64,000 nt of DNA. Origin: Antedon mediterranea. Lineage: Eukaryota > Animalia > Echinodermata. The stretch lies in contig NC_092671.1 of NCBI RefSeq assembly GCF_964355755.1, forward strand, positions 3,658,001-3,722,000, in the 5' to 3' direction. Shown here in pieces: positions 48,101 through 62,912 of the stretch (its first letter is position 1; every line of letters starts with the position of its first letter). Below the pieces are notes generated by a model, which was not told where the DNA came from, did not search any database, and worked only from the letters and a program-made list of their open reading frames with translations. Position numbers and translations under genes: made by a program.

Positions 48101-51100
48101 AAGGTTACAATCATATATTTTCAGATATTTCTTTACTACTTTCCCTAACGTACAAAAGCTTTTCCAATACTGGATATCATATTATTCACAAGCGTAGTTG
48201 TTTTCGCTTGACTCGATCAATCAATCAATCAAAAATAGAAGGAGAACGAATACAACCAAAGGCGCATCTATAATGCAATTACCCATCCGTTACCATGACA
48301 ATAACTATCAAGTAATATTGCATTGTTGCGAAAATGCAAATTTTATACAAGCAGCGTAGATAAAGTCAATGACAAAAATATAACCGAGGGCGCTATTTAA
48401 TTTATATAGTTTACAGTGTAATTGGTTGCATTGTGTTCGTTCATAAAAACACAGATTGTATACTGCTTTCTGATTGCTTTTTGTCTAATTAAAATATTGA
48501 TCATGTTTTGTTATGAGGTTAAATATTGTTGGGTAAATTTTCTATAAACAAAATGGTAGGATGATACTTCAAATTGCTGTTAAATATATGTTCTTAATAT
48601 ACGATTTACAATACCCCATGCAGGTTGGCAAGGCGGGTGACGGAGGACTAGGTATCCACCCCACCGTACCCTCATCTAAATTGTTAAAATGACGATGCAA
48701 GCGATATATCATTGGGTCAAAATAATTCAGCACTTTATTTTACTATTTACCCGCTTTTCCCAGTTTCAAAGTTCGGGAACGGCCGTAGTAAATCGTACAA
48801 CCAATGCAATCTAACAACAGGACACTGAGCTCACCTTGCCAAGATATGAACTCGTAACAGTCCTTTGAATTTATGTCTGGCTGCGACAAATGCAAACAGT
48901 AGTGTACTTATGTACACATTCTCCGCGGTGTATGTTAAGAGGAGTGGAACTGTACGTGTCGCAGCCACAGATAAATTCTTTGATCTCCGTAGCTCAGAAT
49001 CCTGTTGCTGGATTGCCTTAGTACAACATACTATAATTTGCAGCCTTATTTTAATCTATATAACCATTTCGTTACAAATAATACTTTTTAAAAAAGTTTT
49101 TTAGCGTAGGCTTAAAACAGCAACATTAATAACAGGTATAACCACATTTAGCAAAAATTCGAACATGGATTGTAGACTGTAGGTTATGTTAATGCTATAT
49201 AAACTCACGTGTAATCCCACGCTTAGCTAAACAAGATATACCATACTTAGATGTTAATGTAAATTGATATGTGTACCGTATAAACAATGTGCTATATCAA
49301 TACATAGACTAACTTGCACAGACGTGCTTAAAGCATTCGTTCTAAAATTAATCGACTACGCACTTTAACCTATAGGCCTATAACTTCTCTTAACCCCCTT
49401 TCACATCGCCTTGACAATCTTCGGAGTATACATACATACAACACACCGGTGTATGTAAAAGTGTTGTGTTTCTTTGCGTGATGTTAAATGTTGTTTAAAT
49501 CATTAATTTGACTGTGCAAATTATATTGTAGTCTTTCAACTTACGTTTCACTTTGTGTTTAAATAAGATGTCAGGCAAGGAATTTGGCATATGAATGTAT
49601 TAAATGTATGTGGGGTAAGAAGAGTGATATTACCTTAGGCCTCCTTTCCTGGCCCTGGGTGTGATAATGATTGTGTATCATCTGATGGAAAGATAGATTA
49701 ACGTCCAAACATATAATAAGGTATCCAACTTCTAACGTGCATCCACCAGTTTGGCGAAAAATAAAATGCGTATCTGCCAGTGGCGTAGAATGCCATTATT
49801 CGACAATAGTACTAATAAGAATTGCGTCACAGCCTACAATTTTAACGAAAGCTTAAATTACACAATTCAATTTCTGCACTTTAAGCTGTTTACTCAATAA
49901 TATACAGAAACCAATCCAGTATAATTTTCCCATTAGTTTTTGTGTATGACGACAATATGCAAATGAAGCCAGCAGAAGTGAATTAACATATTACCAGGGC
50001 ACGGTATAAACACGTCTAATACAATATGACCATCGGCCAGCTTTATTTGTCAGCTTTCTCGACAATATTTATCCACGAGAAAGCAAATGGAAGGAACTTG
50101 TTGAAATCAGATCGTTGTTCAAACCATTAAAAATGAATTAACCTTATATGGGCATGAAATCTCGATATCTACATAGATATTGACTACAGTCATGATAAGC
50201 ACATCAATTAGCTATTCTCTTTAAATAATAATTCGTGAGAGGAATAACGATAGGGTACGCCTCCAATTACTCTTTTATTTTTGTGTTTAATAATAATTGA
50301 TTTATTTCTTTTTTGTTTTATCTTGGTCTAAATATAGTCTCTTGTAGAGATAGAATGGCTCTATGTTCAAATACACAGACAGACAGTATGCATATATTTT
50401 AAACGGCTGGCCGTTTTCAGCATTACTTTTTAAAATGTCATCAGACTACACAAACTGTCATCAGACTACACAAACTGTCAAACAGATTTTTCCAGGGGCA
50501 CATAGGGGCGTGACAACCAATAGGATATGACGTCACTGTAAATTCCAAATCTGAAAAAAAAAAACAACATATAAAATGTCTTGCAACATTATCGAATGGA
50601 TTTTATCGCAAGTAATGTATTCTCAAATGTTATCTCATAAAGAAAAGAGAAAAATGATAATGTACTTTAAATGTTGTCTGATTTTCAGACTGGCGGAATG
50701 ATATTAACCAGTCGACACTGTTATCATACTCGATGTATATCAATTTTTAATATTGTTTGACGGCATTTAATAACGATTGAGTATTCCATGCAATTACAAT
50801 AGCTACCCACAAGGGAATTGAACGACTCTCGTTCCTTCAGATGAAATTACAATGTGTCTTTGGCATTGTAAACGAATGGGTATAACACAGCTTATGGCTT
50901 ATATCATAGACGTAGTTTATTAATTAACCAGAGAGCATTTTAATCCCAGTAACAAATTATTATTTTATTTATAAAGTAGGCCTAGCATTCATATGATGAG
51001 TCACGATGGATTGGTTTTTATACTAGCCACAGAATGATATGCTAATATCAATTTATAACAATACTGAGATATTAAGCGTGATGCGGTGGATTAGATCGAG

Positions 51101-51258
51101 AAATAATGGACATGTACGTCTTTTGATAGTAAGATTATATATTCTATTGAAAGAAAAACAAATCTCAAGGGTTTGAAAGCCTTTTAAGCACAACAATTCA
51201 TTGCATTATAGTAGTGGTGGACTTTGACCTCGCATAACATTACATATTTTGTAGCATA

Positions 51259-51400
51259 TCACCCGATTCTGCTAGGACTAACTTAGTGACAGGGATAACA
51301 TGTACAAAAAGTACTAAATACACCTAGACTTGTATCTATATGACTGTCAATAGTCAGTGAACATCTATCTAGGGACAGACCACGGCAGATAATCGGGTGA
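51259..51400. mobile_element. Deleted copy of the 45102 MITE family
   Basis: TCACCCGATTCTGC...ATGACTGTCAATAGTCAGT...GCAGATAATCGGGTGA. Confidence 0.65.
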
Positions 51401-54400
51401 GCAAATTGCTGAATCATAATATCTAAAAGTACTCTTATATATTGCTTTAAAAAAAAACAGAATGTATATATATTATTACTACTGTACATTATGTGAATCA
51501 CGAGGATAAAAGTGTCACTTAAAATATCGTTGCATTATTATAGTCATTATCTATCGTTCCACTGTTAACATTACATAGAAGGTCTCTGGGGATGAGTTAA
51601 TGTTAGTTGAGCGGCAACTTTTGCATGGTCGGGCACCAACATCCTGACAGCAGACGATAAAAGGGACTAAATATACGCCATTAAGACTGCTTTTTATTTA
51701 CACGGACTACCAGCAGTGGACGCATATAAGACGAATAATATACTATATAGAATGTCTTTATTTGTAAGTAGAATCTTACTTTTTGTTTTGTTTTGAGGAT
51801 TTGATACATTTTGGCCTCTTAGGGACTACCACTCATATGACATCTCTGTATTAAAGGTCCAGTGTGTTGTCACAGGAGCCAGTAAATCAAATGATTGTTA
51901 TTAAGTATATCGGTAAGGATCATGTAAGTGACATCCGTTAGGTAAATGGTTGAATTTGGAGGAAAGATAATTCACCAGAATTATACTAGCCTTTAATGCT
52001 TTATTATTTAAGCTCCAATTTCAGTGAATTGCTATTAATTATCATTATTTATCATATAATATAGATTCAATTACAATATCTAAAATATCTATTCTTATAA
52101 CATTATTAAACATGTTTATAATTCTAAAAACCTCTATTGTGTATATTTCTAGTTATTATAGCTAACATTTCCTTCAGGAAAATAATCAATGTTATAATAT
52201 GATGTTTATTCAATATTGTTCTTGTTACGATTGTCACCATAATCATAATTATCACAATGTATATATATATATAATTTGGACGTTAAGTTTTCACAATCAG
52301 CACTTTTACAAATCAAGCTCAAATTTTGCGCCTAAGGTCTAAGTGAATAAAGTATAAGGCCTAGAGTGAAGAAATGTAACGACAAGTGCAGACGTGCTAA
52401 CGAGAAGACAAATTAGTATAATTCAATGAAATAAAATGTTGAAATGAAGATATATTAACAAAATGGGCTGTTAATTGAAAGTGACACGTTTACCGTTCTC
52501 TAACGATCAACAATCTAATCAATCTAAAGATAACAACAGGTTAATTGCAAAAGGCGTCGACATCGAATAACCCCACTTTTTCAACATGAATATAATAATT
52601 ATATCCGGCCCTAAAAGTGGGACGAAATTATTTGCAGGAGAAATGGAAGGGTCTATTATTTAGATTAAAAAAACTTTATTTTAAAATTTCAAACCTAGTC
52701 CGCATTTATTTACAACATATCTGGCTTGTTAGGACTCCCTTATTTGCAGTAAACCACGAATACAACTTTTTATGCCCGTTTATGCATTACGCCATTCATT
52801 AATTAATCGTGCATAACGGATTTTAACTAGCGCCATCGCGATTACATGATTAAGCACAAAGTATCGGTAAACAACAGAATGTGAATTCATGTAAATATTA
52901 AAACATACATTGATAGTGATCCTGGAAACTAGTACACAGGCATCTCATCCCAGTTATTTTCTATTCTCCGTTGTTTATATTTCACGCTGCCCTTCATAAT
53001 ATTATGTATTATTCATATTATTTTCTGATATTATTCGATACTCTCTATACTGCAAAGGTATCGTACCTGACTGTATTAACACAGAAGAAAATCTTTGTAA
53101 AATATGCCATCGTTTAATTGTTGGGTGTGGATCGGGTGGTTGTGATTGTCTAATGTTAGAGAAGATTATGTATGAGATATATATATATTTCTATACTTGC
53201 ATTGATTATTGCATGTGACGAAGTACAGTGTAGATGTTTTTACTATAGAAGACATTTTATTATTTCCCCATTGACACTTACGATTAAGCCGGTCGGCCAA
53301 GGACCTAATCGTAAATGCATGGGAGTAAGCTTACTCAATAGTAAATGAGCTATAGGCAAATGGTATTTGTAGGCCTATCAAAGAAATCTCTTAAATACAG
53401 GGAACATTATGACATTCTTTTTACACTGATGTAATTCAATTGAGTTGTATCACGTGAACACGTAAGCTTCCCTTCCGATAGACAAAGAACGAACGTAAAA
53501 TTGACTATAAATATACAGTTCTGAATGAACGAAACGCGTAAGAAGGGCTTATATACGCATGTGCATATCTCCGAATTCACCTCGAATAGAACTCGCTTAA
53601 TCAATCACAATCCGTCCTAAACAAATCATAACTTCTGACAACACATTTACGATAATCTTTTAAATACGAAATGTGAAACATTTACTTTTCTTGTTTAAAA
53701 AACCCCCCAAAAACAGGTTATCGACCTGATACATTATGAATGTCAACCTGCCCATGTTATGTTACTTTGAGTCCCATTATCTTCTCTTGTTTGTACTATC
53801 TATTCACCGATGCAAATTGAGCACTTACGTAATTACCATCAATTTGTCGCTAAGTCTTACTGATTAATGTTTTAGCTATCCCACCGCACACGCTTCGATG
53901 GTTTTCATCATGTCCTTTTAACGATTATACAAAAGACATGTAACAAGGGGAATTTGTAATTACAACAAAGTGTAAATTTCACTTACGCCAGGAAAGATGT
54001 CGGTTAAAGGAATGACGTCATATAACATTCGTCGAGATCTTTCAACTTGAAAACAACAAAAAACGTATTGAGTAGGCATTATGATTGTGTAAACTTGCCC
54101 CATGTAATATCTGCGTTTCCATGTATGTCTTCTGAAAACTGTGTTTTCGAGCTAAAGTATTTTACGTGTGAAACGCCATATATGCCAAAACCTTTATCTT
54201 GTTACTAATAATTAAGTCGAAACACAGTTTAGAACGAGACTACTGAATGTAAGGATTTCTCTAATACCCTGTTGGAAGCAAAAACTGAGCGCATAAAAAT
54301 ATACCGTATCTACTATTATTTCAGCTTTTCTATTGCTTTATAGGGTAGGATTAAGAATATCGAAATATTTTATATCTTATTTACACGGCTTAAAAATATG

Positions 54401-56386
54401 CCGTATATTTTGTATATAAGTTTCGTAAGAGTGTACTGGTGGTGACAACTTTACTATTGAATTGAGAATCACACAATATTTATTTTAAATTCTAAATACG
54501 AAACGTTAGTGTTTTTATTCGTAATGTTTTCGTTTTATACTTTTTGGGTCTGTGCTTGATGACTACTGCGCAGTAACTTAACGATTCAATTTGCTTAGGG
54601 CTATAGTTGCAATGTAAACAGAAGTTGCTACTATTCCCGAAGGCGACATTAAATTGCGCGTAATTAGGGGTAATGGAAATGCAATATTAAAATATTGAAT
54701 AAAATGTCAGCACATTCGATCCAGATTAAATTGCCTTTATTTTATATAAAAGTGTCTTGCTTTTTTCAATATTAGGACGCTGTTGCGAAAATGAAAAACG
54801 CGTGTATTATTAAATAATTATAATTTTAACAGTTTTAAATTCCATCATGTTGTACCAATGTAATCTAACGACGATTGCCTTGGTTGTACTACAGTATATG
54901 TTTTTTATTAGGCCTCTGTGCCTACATCATAAACGGGTGTGAATATAATGTACTGGTTGCGTAATGAAGAAAATGTATGGGGCGCAATTAGCAGCAAAAG
55001 TTTATTTTGTATTTTAACAATCCTATGTTTGAAGAAATACACTATAATTTAATGATTGATTTTAGCATGCAACTTTTGCTGCGTATGGCGCCCCGTAGAC
55101 ATGAACCTAAAATTAATGAGATAACGTGGGAAAGTACGCACATTTTTCTTAATATAAAACGTATAGGTGAATTTCAATTAAAATGTTTCATTATCGCAAC
55201 ACGTTTCATCAAGGTCAGTGTTAACTGTGGCTTATCCAATTAATTGAATTGATAAAGTACTTTATTTTTAAATAATAATCAATAAACTATTTATTCGCCG
55301 TTTCAGGTATACCCGATTCAGTGCTGTATCTCCACATACGATAATATTTTCCAAGTATCATAGGACAATTCGGTAATACAGCATCTCATGTGAATCACAT
55401 GTGGCCTGTATTATAAGCTTAGAATAATTGTCTATGATACTGGCGACATGTGAAAAATGATGTTTTACGTAATTTTCCTAAGATCTGGAAAATTCTCGAT
55501 ACAGTACCGGTACCTATAATCGATGAAACAATTAATGTTCAATGTCCATCAGATTTTTTGACAATTAATCCACGGTAACCAGCCATCAACATTTAACTGA
55601 GGTTTTCCACGGGTGGACTGCATTGAGTTATCATGCGATCGACATGATCGCTGCAAATTCCTCTTTCTCGACAAATTACTTAATCGCGTTTGCTTATTCT
55701 CACGTTTAAAAGAGTTCCATTAGGAAAATAATCTGAAGAGAGAGACTAAAATATTCTAGAAGAATTGATACGATATATGAAAATGATATTAATAGCCAAA
55801 TACTTGAAAGATATAGTTCTATCAATCTATCTTCACAATGGATACGATACCAGCGAAGCGGAACCGATGGAATTAGAAAACGGAGTGATCATGTTTCCTC
55901 TAAAATGCAACAGATCAAAAATAAGCGACAATTATTCTATGATGACGTCGTATTTGAGAAGCTGAAATGGAAAATAAATAATATACTGTATGGCTAGTAC
56001 TAATTGGCCCTAAAAGCCGCCCATAGTCACATACCTACTAGATCAATATTATGGTAAAAGAAATTGGTTTAAGTTAATATTTCATGATATTTCTGAGAAT
56101 TCTTCTTGTAAAATTTATCTTCGTATATTTCTTAATAATTATGTATAGCAATATATCTTTATTGTCTCATGTTTTGACTTATCAACCCATCATTCGAGTG
56201 ATAAATTAGAACAACTCATTTAGTAAAATATCGTATATTGATATTGAAAGTACCTTACAAAATGATAAATCCTGAACCCATCGAAAGAGATGGGTGCGGG
56301 ATAGATAATTATTATTAAATGTAATGATCATGATAGTTCATATTTATTTCCTAATCTTACTCTTCCGGGCAAAAATGACACAAGAT

Positions 56387-56545
56387 CAAGGCCACAGCGA
56401 GAGGTTAAAAGCAGACGAGGCAAAGATGGTTTAAATTGAATTATTAATATAAAATAGGACGATCTGTTGTGGGGCAATTGGGGTGGGTGATGAAAATTTC
56501 AGACGAGGCGAGCTCCTCGTCTGCCTCATGGTGGCTACGGTCCTG
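56387..56545. mobile_element. Degenerate hAT-like MITE
   Basis: CAAGGCCACAGC...GCAGACGAGG versus CCTCGTCTGC...GCTACGGTCCTG. No clean 8-bp TSD. Confidence 0.4.
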
Positions 56546-57404
56546 AAGATGTGTACAAGCATAAAGGTAATGTTGGTGTCATAATAGGTAATATACAGCA
56601 TTTTATTCAGAGACTTTTCTTTTTTATTTACCATAAACTGCGATCGCCAACGTAATAACTTTTAATGTATCTGAGATATATATACATAATATATACAGCC
56701 CGCCTTTTCAATTAAACTTGAAATCTGTATAGGATCTGTAGGATCACTCGCATTGACGATGATGAATGTCTGTCTATTTCAAACGTATTTTGTATCAATA
56801 TATTATAATTGAAGGTTCAATATAAGAAATCAAAAACATTCTGATAGACTTGCCTGTGGATACATGTTATTGCAATACCACTTGACCTATGAACCTGGTT
56901 TATGTTCTCTGTACCTAATCTGCTACTTACCGTAGTCTTTAGAAAATTGAAAACATTTTGACATTTGGCAGCATGCAGCACATGGTAATGTTTATAAAAA
57001 CACTTCCATTTTTAAATGCCTTCCTACCTGGGACCAACGCAACTATAATGTATGTATATATAAGTATGAGTTAAGCTACACTCTGTCATCACTATTTATG
57101 TGACAGAAAAATGTGATGTGTCTATGGACATGATGATGTCATATCACTACCATCTTTGGGCATATCACTACCATATTTAAGCACTTTGTATACTAGTTTG
57201 AGTGTAGACAAAACTTTAGATTTATACATCATTTCGTTTGTTCAATTTAATATTGAAGTGGATTAACTTTATGTGATAACAAAATGTGATGTGTCTATAT
57301 ATGGACATGATGATGCCATATCACTACCATATTTGGGCATATCACTACCGTATTTGGGCATATCACTGCCATATTTAGGCACCATATTACACTTTTTTTG
57401 TCCA

Positions 57405-58509
57405 ATTCTTAATTTTTTTCTATATGCTGACGACACCACTGTTTATTACTCTGACCCTGATATTCAAACCTTATTTAATACTGTTAATACCAATCTGACC
57501 CTTATGTCTCAATACTTTTCAGCATAACAAACTTTCTCTTAACCACAAAAAATGTAACTTCATCCTGTTTGGGACCCCTCAGAAAATTAAAAACATTGAT
57601 ACTGCAAACTATAACATTTCTATTAACAATCATGATATTCCCTCAGTCCAATCTGCTACATTTTTAGGAGTTCATCTTGACAGTCGACTTTCATGGAAAA
57701 ATCACATCAATTTTGTTGAGAATAAAATTTCAAAAAGTCTTGGCATCATCACTAGACTTTCTTCTTTTTCACCCCCTAACATTCTTCGTATCCTGTACTG
57801 CTCCCTCATCCTGCCTTATCTTAACTATTGCAATATTGTCTGGTGCAACTCTTATCCTTCCCGTATTAAAAAACTTCAAACTCTTCAAAAAAAGGCCATC
57901 AGGGTTATATCTGGCGCCCCACCCCTGTCTCATTCATCTCAACTTTTTTCAAAGCTTAATCTTCTCAAAGTCTCCGATATCAATCTAACCCAACAAGGCT
58001 CGTTCATCTTTTCTTCTATTAATTCCAACCTTCCCAAACATCTCTGCTTCATGTTCACTCCAAATTCTTCAATTCATTATCATAATACCCGTATTTGTTC
58101 AAAAATACATATTCCAACCCATAAAACCAACCACTTTCAACACAACATTAGGTATTCCGGACCCACTTTTTGGAACGATCTGCCACTCCCCATCTTAAAC
58201 TCTGTTTCTAGTAAATCATTTTTATCTAAACTTAAAAGTCACCTTATTGCCAAATATTAACTTTTCCTCGGTTAATTTTTTTTTTTTTTTTATTAATTTT
58301 TTTTTTTTATTTTATATATTTTTTTTTATTTTATAAATTTTCATTGTCTGTGTCTGTAATAGGTACGTCCTCCACAAGATGTGTTTTTCATCTTTCTGGG
58401 CGTGTACCTTCTTCTTTCGAATTTTTGTTTACATATTTATTGATCACTGAAATCTATTTTGTATATGAAAGGAGAAAATAAATGTTGCTTTGAATTGAAT
58501 TGAATTGAA
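57405..58509 (+). mobile_element. 5'-truncated CR1/L2-group LINE (reverse transcriptase C-terminal half)
   Basis: YADDTT motif. After one extra T in the run 57516-57519 the frame stays open to TAA 58260: NKLSLNHKKC...FLGVHLDSRLSWKNHI...LYCSLILPYLNYCNIVW...LQKKAIRVI...YSGPTFWNDLP...KLKSHL. Then 3' UTR, AATAAA and a (TTGAA)4 tail. Confidence 0.95.
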
Positions 58510-59071
58510 CTAGTTTGATAGTGTAGAAAAAACTTTAGACTTTCACATCGTTTCGGTCGTTCAATTTTAATATTGAAGTGGGTAAACGTAGCTTCATTAT
58601 ACAAAATGTAATATTAATTATTTTGTTACATTCCAATAATCGATCATTCCAATGATATCAGTGTGATAACTACCGCCTTCATACATTGTCCCAAACCTAA
58701 AGTTCTGTTTACACGGTTGACAACAACATGTGATGTAGTAATATGGACATATTTAGCCATATAACTACCGTATTTGGGCATATCACTGTCATATTTAGGC
58801 ACATTACACCTTTTTTGTCCAACTAGTTTTATCAGGGAAGAGTTAAATTTGATAGTGTAAACAAAACTTTAGACATAATTTTGATATTGAAGTGGGTAAA
58901 CGTAGCTTAATAATAAAAAATATAATTCATTCTATTCTTTTGTAACATTCCAATAATATTCATTCATATAAATTGGAAACACACTATGTTGTCTGTGGTA
59001 AACTACCTCCTTCATACATCGTCCCAAACCTAACGTTCTGTCTACACTGTTGACAACAATACGTGATGTAG

Positions 59072-59381
59072 TTGAAATTGAAATTGAAATATATATTTAT
59101 ACTGGGTAACCTCTTCAGTCAAAGACTGGTCTCCCAGTTGGTGATCAGTGGCTGTGATGTACTAGTACACCGGGATAACCCCCTACTCGTCTCGAAAGAT
59201 GTACTAGGTTCTTTAAAGTGCACACGAGCTAGATGTACACTGGACCTACGGTTTATAGTCCTTATCCGAGAAGACTCGTTCTACCACCAGAACCATGGAG
59301 TGAGTGAGCCTCGAACCCCTGCCGATGTTATGGCTACGTAATTACGGTTCCACTGTCTTAACCGCTCGGTCACTCACTCAC
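59072..59381 (-). mobile_element. Deu-domain tRNA-SINE, second copy
   Basis: The reverse complement matches the head and core of the 44388 copy (GACCGAGCGGTTAAGACAGTGGAACCGTAAT...GGTTCGAGGCTCACTC...CGGATAAGGACTATAAACCGTAGGTCC...GAGTAGGGG). It ends in a stem-loop and a (TTTCAA)3 tail. Confidence 0.9.
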
Positions 59382-59523
59382 TAAGTAATATGAATATATT
59401 TAGCCATATCACTACCAAATTTAGGTACATCACATTTTTTGTCAAACTGGTTTGATAGTGTAGGCTTGGTTCCCACCGAGACGCAATGCAAATACGTAAG
59501 CGCAACGTATGCAACAGAGCTTA

Positions 59524-59702
59524 AGCTTGGTTCCCACTAGAACGTAACGCAAGGACGTAAACGCAACGCAAGCGTTTTAACCAATGACAAGCGAAGTTAT
59601 AGACAGTTAGCAATCACAAGCGAATAAGCCATCGCTTGTGATTGGTCAATTCACTTGCGTTGCGTTACGTCCTTGCGTTGCGTCGCTAGTGGGAACCACG
59701 CT
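59524..59702. mobile_element. MITE, PIF/Harbinger-like (fragments also at ~43478, ~44308, ~59463, ~60565)
   Basis: TIRs AGCTTGGTTCCCACTAG / CTAGTGGGAACCACGCT with an extended internal palindrome (CGCAAGGACGTAA / TTACGTCCTTGCG) and TTA direct repeats at 59521-59523 and 59703-59705. Confidence 0.88.
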
Positions 59703-61391
59703 TTAGACGAATGCAGGAATGAGTGTTTGATACAAAATGAAAAACAAAATGAATAAATTTAATTTGCTTGCTTCATATGAACTTCACAATTATATATTAC
59801 ACAAAATTTAGAATACAATTTAGAAATGTAAATGATTCGGAGGATAGTAATGGTCAAGAGCTTTTTGATATACAGCATTACCGCGAGTAACCCATACGTT
59901 ATATCGTTGAAACGTATAGATTATGTTTGACATTTAGCAGGATCTCTCCGATCATAGGCAATAAGCCTTCTCAATGTAAGTCATTATTATGGGTGTTAAA
60001 CGCGCACAAAAGCTGTATATTATATATACAAAAAAAAGGAACTTTTTCATTTCAGGTTTCTAAAAAATATTTTATTCGTAACTATCTAAAGTTGTCTAGT
60101 ATCATATTAAAATACACCTGTATCATGGGACCTTCACCTAACATTCATGATACAGACAACACATTTTTATAATAACAACATTTATTCAACATTTAACAGT
60201 TTTATGGGTTAAGATACACAGAAGCCAAAGTGGCTTGTCTTGTAGTCTCAAGCATAAACATAAAACATAGACGGACGCATTACATAACAAAAAAATGACA
60301 TTTTGAGACAGAAAAAGAAAAAAAACCAAAGTGAGATTAAGCAAAATATTTAAAACTCTATTGTGCAGTAGCAATAGTAGCTAGCAATATGTTTCATACA
60401 ATACACATGCAATTGTGTGTTACGGAATTACCTTACAGGACAATGTCATATTTTTTTCTAAAACCTGAGGGCGTCCTATTTAGGGAGCACATTATGAATA
60501 TGCCTATGAAAACATAGTAACCATTCGACTTTTCGGCATGTCAGTTTTTTGGCTGAATGACATAGACTTGTTGACCAATGACAAGCTACAGTCCGAATAA
60601 TCCATCGATTGTGATTGGTCATATCCCTCGTTGCGTTGCGTCTCTAATGTCCCAAGTAGAATGTTATTGTTTTGGCCGTTACTGGATACCTCGTACACTG
60701 TATTGATATAACAAATTACCAACTAGAATATAAGATACATTTATACTGCATTATCAAATTAATCACCTGTGGTATATTTATTCATAATCTATAATCCATA
60801 ACAAAATAATGTATGATTACGAAGCTGATAAAAACGATGTTTAATGATTCATCTATTATTATTAGTCGATGTGTTTACTTAATTTTCTGCGTATACAACC
60901 CATCATGTAGTCGAAAGAAAGCTTGAGTTACGCAAATGTGAATAGACCAGTTGCCTCTAGCTACCATCGAATAATTATGCATTATTTATAGTGTACTGAA
61001 TTGATTAATAACTACTGAAATATGAAATAAGTAAGATAATAATACGTTATTCCTTACAGACTCGTTCGTCCGCGAGAACCTGTGTGTACACATGTGAAAT
61101 ATAATTATAAACAACCTATAGAAAAATATCGCATGTTATAGTACTGTACTGGCCGCATCCTATTTCCTTTTAATAGCTTTTAAAAATCACCAGATATTTT
61201 AAGTTATCATATTTGAAAGACAGTTAAACCATAAAATAGACTTACTATTGCTATTATAGACTTAATAACATAAATCATTTGAAACCAAATGATTCTTTTC
61301 GAGAAAATCGAAATTGAATTTAAAAGCGAAGAACGCAAACAAATAAAAATAAATTATCAACATATTATGCGAATTGTAGGTGGTTTATAAA

Positions 61392-61409
61392 ATGATGATG
61401 ATTATGATT

Positions 61410-61440
<31 letters not shown>
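61392..61440. repeat. (GAT)n microsatellite
   Basis: Direct reading of the sequence. Confidence 0.9.
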
Positions 61441-61629
61441 CTACATTTATTGTACAAGTGTCGAGTGGAGTAATCCAATTGATGTATAAATTCTAGGGCT
61501 CTTGCCTCTTTTTTTTTTTTTGCATAGAGAAACAATTTGATGGTTATTTTTAAACAAAAGTATATTAATTATTTATTTTCAATACTTTATTTTTGTCAAA
61601 TGTTTACGTTTTATTTGAAAGAAGAAATA

Positions 61630-61845
61630 AATATGATATATGATATTGATGACAATGATATTGATGCTGATGATATATGGGATTGATGGCAATGATCTAT
61701 GATATTGATGACAATGATGTATGATATTGATGACGATGATATATGATATTGATGACAATGATATATGATATTGATGACAATGATATATGATATTGATGAC
61801 AATGATATATGATATTGATGACGATGATATATGATACTGATGATA
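61630..61845. repeat. 22-bp minisatellite AATGATATATGATATTGATGAC
   Basis: About nine degenerate tandem copies. Confidence 0.9.
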
Positions 61846-62414
61846 AGGACAGTGACGTTATGTGGCGCTGTAACTACAACTGCTAATGTTATGGGATGGG
61901 TGATATAATACACGCATAACATGTGATATATTATGACATTGTATTAGAAAATTTGCCTATGGTATACTAGAAGAAATACAATACTGAGAATCTTGTACCG
62001 TACATGAAGGCAAATTTAGGAACAGAAGACATTCTATTATGATTAAGACAGTAACCTAACCGGTACACCATTATAATAAGGTTACTGGTACTAACCTTGG
62101 TGTCATTAAGGCTAATCATAATGATGAATTAATTCACTTGTTCAATGGCACATTATTAGTATTCTACTAATACGTAACATCTGAGATTAAAAAAACACTT
62201 TGTGCACTTTATTAGCTTGTTGTATCCATAGTAACCATGTTACCTTAATCAAACGCATTGTAGTCTGCCAAGTAATTATATTATTATTTTCTCACATTTT
62301 ATCAACAATTTCTTTTTATAACCTTTTTAGAAATAATGATCTTGGTAAAATTGTTGTTTACCTTTTTTATGTAAACAGTTTAACCTTGGAACAAATCCAT
62401 CTCTATTCTTGCGT

Positions 62415-62755
62415 AAATCAATCAAATAATCTATCATAAATCTATCAATGCATCTACCAATAAATTTATCGATACATAAATTTACAATTAATAAAGGTAT
62501 GAATAAACAATAGACCTACAAATAAATGTATAACAAATCTACCAATAAATCTATCATTAAATATATCAATAAATCTACCAATACCAATACATCTACCAAT
62601 GTCTACCAATAAATTTACCAATATCAATAAATCTATATTAAATCTACCAATAAAAATATTAGTAAATCCCGATAAATATATCAATAATATAGGCCTACCA
62701 ATAAATCTACCAATAGATCTACCAATACATATATCAATAAATCTATCAATCAATC
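62415..62755. repeat. 12-bp minisatellite TAAATCTA(C/T)CAA
   Basis: Many degenerate tandem copies. These account for the low-complexity ORFs 62466..62753 and 62599..62790. Confidence 0.85.
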
Positions 62756-62912
62756 AGTCAAAATTACATCATTTAAAACTGATATCTTAGATAATATTAA
62801 TCAATTTCAACGAGTATTTTCAATTTGGATTAAATGCAATTTTAAATCTTTTAATTCATATTACCTCGGGCAACTATATAAAAATCGTTATCAGTTTTAC
62901 TGAATAACAAGT

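Larger units (their letters stand above)
57075..59465. repeat. Tandem array of four degenerate MITE-derived units hosting nested insertions
   Basis: TGTGATGT...CATATCACTACCATATTTGGGC...TTTTTGTC.AACTAGTTTGATAGTGTAG recurs at ~57110, ~57285 (split by the LINE), ~58730 and ~59060 (split by the SINE). Confidence 0.8.

Noticed and set aside
57677-57988. 103-aa ORF as an independent gene
   Set aside because: Alternative frame over the LINE reverse transcriptase.
61611-62790. Ile-rich ORFs 61611..61922, 62466..62753 and 62599..62790
   Set aside because: Translations of 22-bp and 12-bp minisatellites.
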